From positions 1,116,001 through 1,180,000 of the forward strand of contig CM022669.1 in the NCBI GenBank assembly GCA_012295275.1: 64,000 bases of DNA, in the 5' to 3' direction. A program made the position numbers and the translations under genes. Source of the stretch: Chrysomallon squamiferum (Eukaryota > Animalia > Mollusca). The notes beneath the pieces were generated by a model that saw only the letters and a program-made list of their open reading frames with translations, did no database searches and was not told the DNA's origin. Of the stretch, positions 13,057 to 26,913 are shown in pieces. Each line of letters begins with the position of its first letter. The stretch's first letter is position 1.

Positions 13057-13418
13057 TCAGTTAAATTCATTTCTAAACTCTTTCCACTCCGCAGGCGGAG
13101 TATCGTCGTATTTAAACACTGGCATGATGTTGTGCCATCTAGCCGTTTCTAAACCCCACGACTTCAACGTTTCTTTCCAATGATTCAGGCCGCTTTTCGA
13201 TCCTTGCGGTCCAATAACCACGTGACCAACGACGCCATCTTTTGTATATCGTCTACCGCGCATGACAACGAACTCTAAGGTGCACGTGTCTACCACGTTG
13301 AACGGAATGTCGAAGAGGAAGGGCTGGTTCCAGACTGGGGACGTTCCGCTCTGAAGACGAGTTTCTCGAAATGTCAGCGTCTCCTCGTTTCGTTTTAGGT
13401 TGATGTGAACGTACTGAA
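13057..13418 (-). CDS. Synaptotagmin-like gene, terminal exon (C2B C-terminal part plus tail)
   Basis: (V)QYVHINLKRNEETLTFRETRLQSGTSPVWNQPFLFDIP...VVGHVVIG...HWKETL...ARWH. PVWN-xx-F-x-F, HW and WH are synaptotagmin C2B motifs. Acceptor AG at 13420-13419, phase 1. Confidence 0.9.
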
Positions 13419-13919
13419 CTGAAATACAAACAAATCACTTGAACATCTACAAGTTACACTCACTGTCAAATCTGAACGTAGTTCATCTTAATCATACATT
13501 CGATTTTCAAAACGCTTTACAGACGATCTGTTACTTTTAAAGAAAGTGGGGGAGGGGAAACAAGAACATAATAATAATACCTAAAACAAAAAGGAATAAA
13601 TAAAATAAACAAATTTGACAAAACAACAACAAACAAAAACTATGAAAAGGACGTACGCCTATTTGCATTATCAGTAAAAAGTCAGTGATCTTTTACAGAT
13701 TAATGTCAGTGATTTCTAATTAGGTTTGTCATCTTGAAACAATGGTTAATATCTAAAATATATCAGTCAGTGCACCAAACTGAATCTATAAGACCTTTTT
13801 GAAATGAATTCTTCACATACTAACAAAATATTCACTGAAACGAAATACGTTAAATGACAGAAATTACCATCCTAGCAGCGTTCATAATAATTATATCCTC
13901 AGCAGTGTATTTAGAAAAA

Positions 13920-13993
<74 letters not shown>

Positions 13994-14054
13994 CAAGACA
14001 GTTATTAACACCCCACTACAACAAAATAGAATTATTTGAGAGATGTGCTATTAC

Positions 14055-14199
14055 CTGGCTGCCCTATGATTTTGTCAGATTTGGGCAAATTGGAAGCTTT
14101 TCTGACGAGAACTTTGAGTCTGTTTGCCGCGGCCTGGTACTGCAGCAGAACAAACAACTCACCCAAACTGTGAGTTAGATACTTCTCTGGTGTTGAATG
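14055..14199 (-). CDS. Synaptotagmin-like gene, C2B N-terminal exon
   Basis: HSTPEKYLTHSLGELFVLLQYQAAANRLKVLVRKASNLPKSDKIIGQP, matching the LGEL..L.Y....RL.V.V.KA.NLP C2B start; phase 0 in, phase 1 out. Confidence 0.9.
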
Positions 14200-14436
14200 C
14201 TGGGATAGATAAAAAAAAAAAAAGAAGAAGAAGAAAAAAAAGAGATTAATTATTATACTTGTTAAGAAATACATGTGCATCAGGTAAAGTGTATCCGTGT
14301 ACGTACGGTGTATTCTTGAAATTAAATACAAATAGGTGTAGCTCAACAGATATGTAGTTAAAACATAGCTGTCTTGTTACTTTATCATGCTTTTGCTATT
14401 AGAAAAAATAAAATAAAATAGAATAAAATAAAATGA

Positions 14437-14522
<86 letters not shown>

Positions 14523-14601
14523 TAAAAATAAATAAATAACAATTAAAAGGCTGATTCGTTCAAGTAAGAAGTAAATATTTCTCAGACTTTCACAGTTTTA
14601 C

Positions 14602-15506
14602 CCGTTTTAGTCTTCTTGTTTGAAGCTGGAGATCAAACTGGTGTTCAGGGGACTGGAGCCAGTCTATTGTGCTGCCTTTCAGGAACGCCTCTCCTATCAG
14701 CTGATTCTTAAAACTCTTCTTCTTATTTTGAGAAAACACAGATACTCTTAATGTACTCATTTCTAACTCTTCGATGGAAACGTTCCACAGTTTGTACACC
14801 TCTTCAAACTGGACAAAATCATCGGCTGCTACAATCGCCTTGCTGTGGATGCCACCATTTTCTTTGGGAAATAAATACGTAACTGCGAATACAGAACTTC
14901 CCGATACCTTCGCTGGAAAGCCTACTATGGAATGTAGAGTAATGGCCAGCATCGTCTTCTTTTCGTCATATTTCAGACTCAGCACTACAAACGTCTCAGA
15001 CTCTAGGTGGCCCAATTCCGCAATAGACTGGTAAGATGGTGACTTGTGAAACTCGAGCACAGACTGGTGTACGTTTTCCATCGAAGGAACTCTCAGTTTT
15101 GATTGGTCGTCGTGAGACGCAACGCACAGGTTTCTGTTTGAGGAGGACGCAGTCATTTTTCTGAGATCTGACGGAACTGGAAGTGTGTTAATGCAACTCA
15201 TGCTAAGAGCCCGTGGAATTCTGGATGATGGAAATAACTCGTCATGCGACTGACGCACTTCCACTTGTGGTTTCTGTGGCACAACATCGAATGCCTTGTA
15301 ACAATCCACCTCAGTCCGGCCATTTCCGAACAGATCTCCCGACGTCCCCCGGCACTCAAAGGGATCGGGCAGATTTAGAACCGGAAGTGTGTCTTTTTCG
15401 GATTTCCTGCTAAAACGCTGACGTAAGGCTCGGATACAAGCGACACAACCCAGCAGTATCATGCTGAGCGCTACAGCCAGACAGATAGCGATTACCGTCA
15501 GTATAT
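14602..15506 (-). CDS. Synaptotagmin-like gene, exon with TM helix, linker and degenerate C2A
   Basis: TM segment ILTVIAICLAVALSMILLGCVACI followed by basic residues, a long linker and a C2A-like region (LSLKYD...STLRVSVF...LIGEA). 905 nt, phase 1 in, phase 0 out. Confidence 0.88.
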
Positions 15507-15841
15507 CTGAAACAAAATACACAGTTATTGTAAACATACTTACCCAGATATATTTATTTAAAATGTTTAATAAATTTAAAAAGAACAGAATTATGGAACG
15601 ACAAAAGGCGAAAAGACAGAACTCGAGTGATAAATATTTATAAACATTACTGGTTACGAATGTTTACCTCAACAGAAACGTCCATTAAGTAGAGATGACA
15701 GGATAAACAGATAAAAATTTAAATTATGTTGTTTGACAGGAAAACTGTTCACGAGATAATTTATTCAACAATCTTAACAGACATTCCTGTATTCACTTCA
15801 ACATCGCTTTATACCGAGAAAGATGTTGACACTTTACTTAC

Positions 15842-15854
15842 CATTTACAAACAT
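15842..15854 (-). CDS. Probable first coding micro-exon of the synaptotagmin-like gene (MFVN-D)
   Basis: ATG TTT GTA AAT G followed by a perfect GTAAGT donor. It gives the phase 1 needed by the next exon, and other nearby donors are phase-incompatible. Kozak context is weak. Confidence 0.5.
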
Positions 15855-16790
15855 TTAAATGTTTACCACTCACTAAACTATAATGAAGTAATTCTCTTCA
15901 CGTGTTTTCAACAAAATAATTATATTATATCGTCCATCATTTGTTTTGTTTCTTCGTGTTATATAACCATAACTATTAGATTACTACAATCAATAAAATA
16001 AAAAAAAAAAAAAAACGGAAATAAATAAATAAATAAAATTAAAAAGATAATTTTGGGTTTATATTTAAAGGGTGATTTTTGTCACCTACCTTGCTGTAGC
16101 TTTAATTATGCTTGATATTAATTTCAAGAATGATCATTAGTCACTGTTTAAAGTACAACCTTGATCTTGATTTTTTTTTTTTTATGGCTTCTGTTTGAAT
16201 ATTTTGATCATGAACTCTGAAATATATTCATTTATTTGATTACGAAAGGCTTGGGTGACTCGATCACCAGTGTAAAAGTAATGACGTACTAGGCAGATAA
16301 ATGAGGTAAGGAAAGAAATGCACTGTGAGATACAAGCACGCCTATCATGGGCCTGTGTTTCTTGACCTAATAATTTTTTAGAAAATACACGAGTTTTCAC
16401 ATCTGTGTTTGTATACAGCCTGTCGCGCTGTGTGCTGTTCAAGACAAATGGTATATCTACAGTACGATTTGTTACAGGTTATCAAACTATAACGACAGCC
16501 CTTGGAATCGCATAAAGATAAATAGACAGACAATGGAATAGACAGACAGATATCCAAATCTTTTCCGTTGTTTTGCACTGACCCATTTCCCATGTCCTGT
16601 CGTCTGCTTTATATCTGTTGTCTGCTACACGTGAACCGACCTCGTGCACTTCTGCTAAAGAAACAACAACAACAAAACATTATTAACATATTGATGTGAC
16701 GGGAAAACGTATAATGAAAACGGACAGACAGACATACAGAGACACACACACACGTATACATACACAAATAGAGGTATCTAACTTATGATC

Positions 16791-16830
<40 letters not shown>

Positions 16831-16936
16831 TAAATGTTTTACAGAAATATGAAAACGATATTCACACAAATACTGTGACGTAACTGAATTGGAATATGTG
16901 AATCATGATAAGAGGATAAGAGAACAAACATAAAAC

Positions 16937-16939
<3 letters not shown>

Positions 16940-17017
<78 letters not shown>
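16940..17017. repeat. (GA)n microsatellite
   Basis: Pure GA run. Confidence 0.95.
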
Positions 17018-17021
<4 letters not shown>

Positions 17022-19773
17022 TTGTAACAGAACAAACGAACAGTATTTATTTTTTTATTTTTAACTTGAAAAAATTAGCTGACCGAATTTGTTTTACTGT
17101 CAGTAACCGATAAAGGGTTAATTCAGACACATGCTACAGCTTACTGTTTTAGTGTGAAGAGTTAAGTATTCATGCTACGACATGTTGTTTTACGATCACG
17201 TGTCAATATCCGTGCTAATCCGAACTGATTCCCTCACTGAGTAAAACTAATTTTTCTAACATGAATCCATAAATTAAAATATGATAAATGATTCAACAGT
17301 ATTTTAATAATTATTTCTTCCAAGTTTTTGTTTCTAATTTACGTTCGTTGTTTCTAGCTGGATTTTCTGTCTTTCTTTCCTGTTTCTTTAATCGAAATGA
17401 AAACATTGCGAAAAAGGTGTAAACCACTTAAAGAAATGGAAAATAATATTTTCTGTATAATTATTAAGTCACGAATCATGTTTAGCATATTACTGAAACT
17501 CATTCTTTTTGATTTTTGGAAAGCTATATTTAAAACTAAAACGTCCAGTGGGTTTTTTCTTCTTCTTCATCTGTTTTACATCTCAGAACCATTGAAGTAG
17601 ATGTTTCATACGTCCACCAATTTAAAAACAAAAAACGATCTCCAGTTTATCTCATTTGTCAAACAGTGATTTTTTTTTTTTTAAATTGTTTTTGTCACTT
17701 TTCACTCAGTGTGTATACAATTTTTTGTTATATTAACCTTGAAGTTAAAAAGCTGATGTAACAATCATCATGAGTGAAAGGGCCACCTAACACTACTGCT
17801 TTTACTCGAGAAACCAGTAATCAAGAGTAAATGGGTGTGAGAGACGTTGGCAGTAGCAGAGACAAGTTCAGAGTCACCATTCTACATTGGTATCTATTTC
17901 GCAATACAGCAGTAGTAAATATCTCGTTTACAACTCGCAAAATATTAGTTTTCTGGGTTTGGAGGAATAAACTAAAACTGCAGTAAAAAGCAGAGCCTCT
18001 GTGTATACGATTCTTTGTGCGTGAGAGAATCTATATTAATAAAGACATGAAATGATTGTTGACAATTTCAGTTAAATAACACTTAACACTAATATAAGAA
18101 ATAAAGATGAATAAAGTGGCAACTGCTACACTTACCTCTCTATCTGTTAATCATTATATATCATATTTATATATTAGCCAATAAACGTGCAGAATATAAA
18201 ACGAATTTTAAAAAAGTTGGTTTACCCGGATGATTTAATATTCCGCCACTCAACATCAGACCTGAATTTCTTTTCTGTTACGTTAGAAGCAAAGGCCTGC
18301 TATAATTCATTCACTTGCATGGTCGACATTAGGCAATTTTCCCATGATATAAACAAAACAAATTTTATTGCGCCATCTGCACCCGTTATATTGTTCCCAC
18401 GAAAACAAGGTTAGTTTAATGTGGTCTGTTAATACTCTGTATAAGATGAATTTCACAACAGCTTGGTGTTAAAAAGATTGAAACAGGCTAGTAAGGATCT
18501 CTTCCTGCAGTTTTACGGCTGTGAACGGAAAGCCGTTCCCTGGATGGACGCTTTACGTGGAGAATGAAAATAAAACATGACATAATATCGAACTTTAGAA
18601 CAGTAGTCCGTTTAATTTATAATCTTGGTGGTAATCATCATCACCATCATACGACAACGACAACAACAACAACAACAATACCAATAACAATAACAGTAAT
18701 AATAATAAGACGAAGAAGGACAAGAAGAACAAAAACAACAAATGAAAAAAATAATTATATGAAACAGAAATGCATACACATATACAAAGACAATGGGAAT
18801 GACAGAGCGCTTTTATATTGCTCCAATTGCTTACTCATTTCGTTTCCACATTTATACTTACTTCAAACAGAAATACATGTAAATATAGGCGTACACGGAC
18901 AAACAGGATTTTTTTTTGTTTTTTTATGTTTGTATGTGCAAGTGTTTTTTTTTTGTGTGTGTTTTTTTTTTGTGTATGTGTGCGTGGAATATATCCCCTC
19001 TCCGCCTTACACACCAACCTGCAAGCACAGTAAGAATATGCAACATAATGACAGCAGAAAACAAATATTTACTTACAAAAAATAAGCTAGAGAAATCCAC
19101 TGCTCGGTCGAACCCGTCGTTTTTCATACAGCTAGCTAACTAACTTTTTAACTTTGTTTTTTATAGCGAAAAGCGTTCACGATTAATAACAGCGTCATTC
19201 TTTAATCCAAGATAATCCTTTAATCGTCTAAGTTGACTAAAGCAGTGGAACATTATAACCTATTGATTCCGAGAAAAAGTGATGAAAAAACAATTAAATC
19301 GTGACCACATATTTACATCGTTGAAGAGTATGAACCGATTATAAGCTGAATGCTTCAATTAACAGTACTGGCTTCGTGTTCTGTTTCTAGAGACTAATAC
19401 TTTGATTTACAAACCAGCTGCTGTTTAAGTAGAGTATGGGGCTGGGTGGGGACGGGGGAGTGTTTAGGCATCCATTTAGCAACATCTACAATAGCAACAC
19501 TAATAACACAACCACAACAATAACAGCCTCATAAATAAATAAATAAATAAATAAATAAGTGAATGAATGAATAAACAAATTCATGTACGCATTTGCCATC
19601 GGACGATATTTATTTATTTATTGATTTATTGATTGATTTATTTATTTATTACATCTTATTTTTATACTCTGTTAGAATACGAAATAGTTTTACCACTTTC
19701 TTTTTTCACTTACTAATTTTTTTCTATGCAAAATATTAGTTCTATTGTAATTACTACAATATTATTGTTTGTA

Positions 19774-19810
19774 CGAATGAATGAATGTTTAACGACAAAC
19801 CAGCACGAAA
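19774..19810. mobile_element. Possible truncated SINE-tail remnant
   Basis: GAATGAATGAATGTTTAACGACAAACCAGCACGAAAA resembles, from memory, ends of gastropod SINE families. Not verified. Confidence 0.3.
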
Positions 19811-19841
<31 letters not shown>

Positions 19842-19929
19842 TAATAATATTAAAAAATAAAATAAAAACTAAAATTAAAAAATAAATAATAATAATAATA
19901 TTAAAATATTATAATAATAATATTAAAAT

Positions 19930-19964
<35 letters not shown>

Positions 19965-20428
19965 AATAAATAAATAAATAAAAAAAATTAATGGATGAAT
20001 GAATGAATGGTAACGTTTCAACAGTTTGCAGTAAAATCACTTTTTGACCTTAAATTCATGTAAAGCGAAAAGAAATACAATACAATTAACAAAAATAGTA
20101 ATAAAAATAAGACTAAAATAAATGTATTTATGAAAATATATAAATAAGCAAATAAGCAAACGAACAAATAAACTAATAAATAAATAAATAAATAAATAAA
20201 AAGATTCTATATAGTGAGATCGAGACAGAATAGAATTATCTCCCTTAAGTCGTTTACAGCGACATCTTTCGGATAATATTGACTTCCTCCATTGCTGGAA
20301 ATAGACGAACGTTTTCATAATTTCTTCTTGATGACGAATTAATTAAAATAATATAATAAATTAATATGATCAGATCATTTAAACGATGAACATATTTTTA
20401 TTTAACACTTGTGGGGTTAGTAGACTCG

Positions 20429-20972
20429 ATGGAGTATCGCAGTATCGTGTATAATGCAGCTAGAGATGGCAAAGTCGGCCGTCTTCGGATCTATTTGGAC
20501 AAGAAAAATGGAGAAGAAGTGGAGAAATTGATCCACGCAAAGACAAATGGCGCTACCCCTTTGATAATGGGTTGTCGAAATGGTCATCTCGAAGTCGTTA
20601 AATACCTTATAGAGCACTGTAATGCCGACATAGAACAGGTCGGGTCAGTTACTTTCGACGGTGAGACAATCGAAGGCGCCCCACCCCTCTGGTGTGCCGC
20701 CGCTGCAGGGCACCGCTCGATAGTGAAATATTTAATCCATAAAGGTTGTGGTGTGAACAAAACAACATTTACAAATTCAACACCGCTGCGAGCAGCATGT
20801 TTCGATGGGCACACAGAAATTGTGAAATACCTTGTAGAAAATGGGGCTGATATTGAAATAGCAAATCGTCATGGTCATACCTGTTTGATGATTTCCTGTT
20901 ACAAGGGACACAAAGATATAGCGGAATACCTGCTTAATAATGGTGCTGATGTTAACAGGAAGAGTGTTAAAG
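20429..20972 (+). CDS. FEM1C: Protein fem-1 homolog (FEM1A/C type), coding exon 1
   Basis: MEYRSIVYNAARDGK...GATPL...IEGAPPLWCAAAAGH...NSTPLRAACFDGH...NRHGHTCLMISCYKGH...VNRKSVK(G): ankyrin repeats highly similar to FEM1C. The true start is the ATG at 20429, not the ORF-track start. 544 nt, phase-1 donor at 20973. Confidence 0.95.
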
Positions 20973-21522
20973 GTATAGCACCAACAGTCTTAATAATATA
21001 CACAACAACTGTAATATTTACTATGTAAACAGCACTTTGCTAGACTTAATTCAAAATTTCTTCCTTACACTGTTCATGTTAACAGAACAATTTAATACTT
21101 TTACATAAAAACTACCTAGCTGTAAATTGTCAGCATAGATGTCTTTTAACTATTTCAAACAAAATGTTGTTTAATCATTGTTTTTTATTCTTGATAAAGA
21201 ATGTCTGAATGATTATGTCATTTAGTCATTTACTTTCTTTATATAAATGTACATGTATATATAAGTCTATTTCAGTACAGAGAAAGACATTCAAGCTGAT
21301 GAAACCAAGTTTAGACTGATAATTTTGAGCTATTAATACAGAAACAAAGTTAGTCGAATGTTTTTGGTATTAATTTATAATAATGGCTAGTATGTTTATG
21401 TACAGCAAGTTAAAATAATATAAATCGTTATATATTTCTAAGTCTGAATGACGTGTAGTAGGTATGATTACATCTCTGTGAATCTACAATAACTAAAAAT
21501 AAACATTTACTTGTGCTTGCAG

Positions 21523-22868
21523 GTAACACTGCGCTACATGACTGTGCTGAGTCTGGCAGTTTGGACATCATGATGATGCTGTTGGAGCGAGGAGCTAAAA
21601 TGGAGCAGGATGCGTACGGCATGTCACCACTGCTTGCTGCGGCTGTTGCGGGATTTACGAAGATTGTTGAGTTTCTGATCAGTCGACAGGAGTGTACGAC
21701 GGCTGAGAAAGCTGACGGATTGGAACTGCTTGGAGCAACGTACGTGGACAAAAAACGTGATATGTTGGGAGCGATTCGAATGTGGCGTCTGGCAATGGAA
21801 GAGAGATACAGTGACAAAAACAACATGCTTCCCAAACCTACCACACCTTCCCTGATATCAGCGTATGAGAACACAGTGGAAGTGTCGACGTTTGATGAGC
21901 TGGATGATTTGATTTCTGATCCTGACGACATGCGGATGCAGGCTTTGCTTGTGAGAGAGCGGATCCTCGGACCCGCACATCCTGACACTTCGTACTACAT
22001 TCGTTACCGCGGAGCTCTCTACGCTGACATGGGCAACTTTGACCGCTGCGTCACTCTGTGGATGTACGCTCTTGACATGCAGCAGAGAGTTCTCGAGGCT
22101 CTCAATCCAATGACTCAGAGCAGTTTCCTCTCTTTTGCAGAGCTCTTCTCATTCATGACCACAGAGTGGCGGTCACGCCCCCCCCATCCTGTCAGTTTCA
22201 AAGACATCATGGAGGTTCTGGTGAGGGCCATTGTGGAGCTGAAGAAGGGAAAGGAGACACTGATGAAAACCTCGCCAGCTGAACGTGATGTCACTCATTT
22301 TCATCGTCTGCTTGTCATAATTATGCATATTCTCTGCCTCATGTGTCGACTGCAGCCTCAGCTTGGATCAGAGCAGGAACAGCTGTTTAAGCAGATGGTT
22401 TACAATTTTGTGCATCTTGACCCACGCGGCACCAAAGGATTCACTCCTCTCCACTTAGCATGTGCCAAAGAAACAACAAATGTCGGCCGCTACCCAGTTT
22501 GCAATTTCCCATCAAACGATGTTGTTCAACTGCTCATTGAAGTGGGAGCTTCGGTGAATGCCGTGGACGTTGATGGGAATAGCGCACTGCACATAGCAGC
22601 AGGGAACCTGCACACGACACCTAACAACCGTCCTTCTCGACTAGAAATCTTCAAAACACTTCTCAACTCGGGATCCCACATCGACTACTGCAACGGTGAA
22701 CACAAGACGCCGATGCAGCTGATCCGAGGGATGTCAGTGAGCGACGTTGTTGCCCCACTCTCCTACCTGACACTTCAGTGTCTGGCTGCTAGAAAAGTGA
22801 TGAAACATGAAATTAAATACAAAGGCTTAGTTCCGAGAAAACTGGAAGATTTTATAGAAATGCATTAG
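21523..22868 (+). CDS. FEM1C: Protein fem-1 homolog (FEM1A/C type), coding exon 2
   Basis: GNTALHDCAESGS, TPR-like region ALLVRERILGPAHPDTSYYIRYRGA, further ankyrin repeats and a C-terminal VHL/BC box TLQCLAAR...LEDFIEMH. Spliced protein is 629 aa. This is the invertebrate co-ortholog type of FEM1A/FEM1C. Confidence 0.95.
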
Positions 22869-24699
22869 ATGCAGTAAATATTAAAAATAAAAATGACAGG
22901 TAAAAGTAAAAATTTTGAGTAAAACTAATATTTATTATGAGGAATGTTTTTATTTTATTTATTTATATATTTGACAGCAAACTCTATGCACATATTTGTA
23001 AAGTTGATTCTGTTAGTTTGATTAATGCTATTTAACATTAAAACAGTAAAACTATAAAACAGTTTAAGAGAATTGTTTTTTCTTCAAATGGAATTACATC
23101 TTTATTTTTAAACATTTACAATAGTCAAATATAATTTTATTAACAAAATTATATATTAATTGTTTCAATAATTATTTATTACTAAATCATTATTAACTGT
23201 TATTACAGACATATGCTATAATAAAAAAAAAAAAAAACTTTATAATTATTATTAATTGGTTCTGTATTATCTAAAAAGTTGTCAAAGTTTAATATAATTC
23301 TTTTGTTTCTGAATGAATTATCCCTAGTATATTTTGGTAATTACTTTTGAAATATGTTTTAAAAAGAAAAAGAAAATTTTGGTTCTGTTTCTAATATTTA
23401 CTATTTATATTATTAATTTTGGTTCTGCTTTTATAAAGAAACCACAGTTATAACAAATACATTAAAAATATTGTTAATGATAGTGGAAAGGTATAACAGG
23501 TATTTCATGTACATTGAAACCAATGATCTGTGATTTAAAAAAATAGAAGTGTGAGATTGTTTATCATAGTGTCAAATCATCTACAACAGTTATCTGATCT
23601 TTTTTGTTTTGTTTATAGTTCTGAAAAAACTAAAACTGTATTTTACATAATTAATAGTATGTAACACAATCAGTAACCACAGAGATCCACAAACACTGTA
23701 GCAGTTCAACTTTTTTTGTGTAAACAGCTGGTTCTGTGAAAATGCTTAGTTTAACTTGGTTGGCTAGAAATAAATAAAATATTCAGATACATTTATAGAA
23801 ACTTTCAACATAGTTATAATGCACAATGTAAAACTTACATTTAATTATTTTAATTAGAAATGATGTATAAAAAAAGACATTTAATAATAATCACAAATGA
23901 TACAATTTACACGATACAAACAAGCACATTTTTGTTTACAAATTGAACATGAATGTTTTGAAACTAAAATGAATGTGATGTTTGTGACATTTTACTGTCT
24001 TTGACAACAGAAATGATTTTTGTTCACGTTTCTGTTAAGCAGCAAATTTGCATTGATACATTTTTTTACGATACACACAGAATCTCACACACATTAATTT
24101 ATTCATAGTTAAGACTTAACTACATGTTGGTCCTAACATTATTAAAGTGTGGCTGTGAATATTAGTGAACTAGTTTTAATAGTGTAATTAAAGATAAAGT
24201 AATTTAAATTAAAAATACACGAGTGGTACACAAATCAGACGTTGAAGTTTACTACACAAACGGTTGTTAAGGTTTTCTGAAACCTGTCACCTGTACATTT
24301 TCTTGTGTCACTGACTGTATGTGATTACACAGACCTCTACTTCTTCTTAACTGAAAAACATCTCTAAATTTCATGTCAGTTTGTTCACATGATGTGGTTT
24401 TATTATCTAAACTAAATTATCACAGTGCTTCTGGTATTCAAACAGCATGTTTGTAATTTTGGTGTTTTTAAGTGCAGTTAGTGTTACATTTGTTTTGTTT
24501 GACAGTTTAGTATATCAGATTATGAAGAATGATGTTACATTAAAAGTCTGGGTACTGGGTTACGGTCCAGGTAATGTTTATCTTGTGAAAATGTTTTTAA
24601 TTTAAAGCATAACCACTGTTCTCTCTTGGTTGTATTATAAATTTTAATTTAAAAATATTAATGTGTTCTTTTTTTCACTATAATATAATGATTTAAAAA

Positions 24700-24736
<37 letters not shown>

Positions 24737-26868
24737 CTACTACTACTACTGCCACCCCATAAACACTGTTATTATTTCTTCATTTCTTAAAATTAATTTC
24801 CATTTATTTATCTTTTTATTTATTTATCAAAGAACAACTTTAATATGAATTGTTTAATAAATTGTAATATTTTTAAATCAATAGCTTGTTTTTTTGTTTT
24901 TGTTGCAGATTTGTAGTTCATTTCAATTTCTAGATGCATAAAGAGATAGAGAGAGAAAAAGTTACACAAAAAATTGAAATCATTGTAATCTATGCTACTT
25001 TGACATTTATTGAGATGTGTTTTGTACACAGTAGCTGTAGCAGTTGGGTGTGGAGGTGTATACATGTACATAAAACTTGATAAATAAATCATAATTAACC
25101 AAGTCTTTCCAAAATGTATTTAAATATCTGTGTGAGTATCAGTTTCAGCTCAATTAGTTCATTTTGCTGTTTGCAGTGATCTTTAAACATTTTCAATTTT
25201 TACATCAACTGATGTGGAAATGCATGTTTATCCAGTTCTGGAATAAAATTATGTATTCATGTATTGAACTTGTTCTTGATTTCTTCATCATCATCATTGT
25301 GCCTGCTACCATAGTTATCATTACTTCAGAACATCTCAATATATTTTTAACTGGTTTCATGTTGATGTCAAAAACAATTTGTGAGTAGTTATTGTAGCAG
25401 CAAGCAGTGCAGTACATATACCTTACCATAGACAGAGGCAACCTGGCTTCTGATAAACAAGTCTTGAAACAGGATGTACCCAAAATGGATGAGAGAAGAT
25501 AATTAATTAATATATTGCAGGTGAGGCATGCTGTTTCAACTGCTTGTCTATGAATCTTGGTTACAAGGAAAGTTCTATGTAATTGTTTTAACAGCAGACA
25601 TGCTGTGTTAGATATTGATACTCCACTTTGAGAGACACGGTAAACAACAAGTTTAATATTTTTTTTTCTGGACAGAGTACATGTTGACATTTTACCTAAA
25701 AACACTCGCATAGCTTAGATCTTTCTTTTATTTTCTAAAATTTATAAAACATCTAAATAAAAAATGAAAGACAGGTTAGTTCTGTCTATAGGTTGACAAG
25801 TTATGTTATAATGAAACATCCACGTCCTTTTACCCCACACTTGAGTTACACGGATTTGTTTAGTGACACTACTGACATAAACGAAATTCACTTGATTTAT
25901 TGTAGGCTCTGTACCTGGTATGTAACGTGAACGTCGGCTCCCAGTACAAGGGAAGCAACTCTTACTCATCTACTGTAATAATAATAATAATAATCAGTTA
26001 CTGCACATTAATATATATATATAAAAGAAAATATTCAGTTTGATTAATTAAAAATGAAATGAAACAATAAATAAATAATTAAATGTATAATAATTAAAAA
26101 AACCCTAAAAAACCCAGAAACAAAACAAGTAACGACAATAGCAACAAAAGAACCAAACAGGCTATAACGTCAAGCATTTTGTCTGTCCGCTATGACTAAG
26201 ATATACAAGATGTCTTTAGACGTGTCAGCAATAACCAGACATATCGAGTTTCTTAAACATGTGACGAGAAAGTAAAGTGTATGTATTTGTGAATAAACAC
26301 AGCAAATGTTACTTTTTAAACGAAATGAACGTTAATGTTAGTCATTCAGAGTATGCGATCACCCGTATTCACAAAAAAGTCTGCTAAATATACAAACATA
26401 TTCACACAAATATTTAAACACTTTACCACACACAGATCTCCACACGAAGATAAATCATGACTATATGTAAAATTAACAAATTTAACATATTTATATAAAT
26501 AAATAAATAAGTCTGTGTGTGGCTGTCAGTCCGAGTGTTTGTGTGTTTCCCATGAAAAAGCCACTCGGCAGTAAGGAACCGTGTTTGTCTCATGAAAGAT
26601 ATATTTTATACCAGACAGGATTGTACGTACGATGTTCTTGAAATTTCTCTACACTGGTCAGTTTGATGGTTATAACAAGAAATAGTTTTTGTATTTGTCA
26701 AGATGAATGCGTAAAGTGATCAACTGTATGACTTGTCTTAACTGTGTGGTGTTAAACAGAATCACACAGTGTGAAGAGTTGTAAAGAATCGTTAAAACTA
26801 AACAGTAGCAGACGATACACGACGTGTATTTGTTATATTTATTATTTATTATAATTTTTTTTTTTAAA

Positions 26869-26913
<45 letters not shown>

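Noticed and set aside
15668-15685. MDVSVE|GTAAAC candidate first exon for the synaptotagmin
   Set aside because: The phase-0 donor is incompatible with the phase-1 acceptor at 15506 and would hit TGA within three codons.
16378-16593. ORF MGNGSVQNNGK... as the synaptotagmin N-terminus
   Set aside because: No convincing phase-1 donor and it runs into a simple repeat. The 15842-15854 micro-exon fits better. It may be a 5' UTR exon.
20417-21988. Antisense ORFs over FEM1, and similar ones over the Syt and neurotrophin exons
   Set aside because: Shadow ORFs of GC-richer coding sequence with no recognisable domains.
25205-25975. 168-aa minus ORF and exon-like segment 25915-25973 downstream of FEM1
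   Set aside because: No recognisable protein similarity or consistent exon chain. A lncRNA cannot be excluded but is unsupported.
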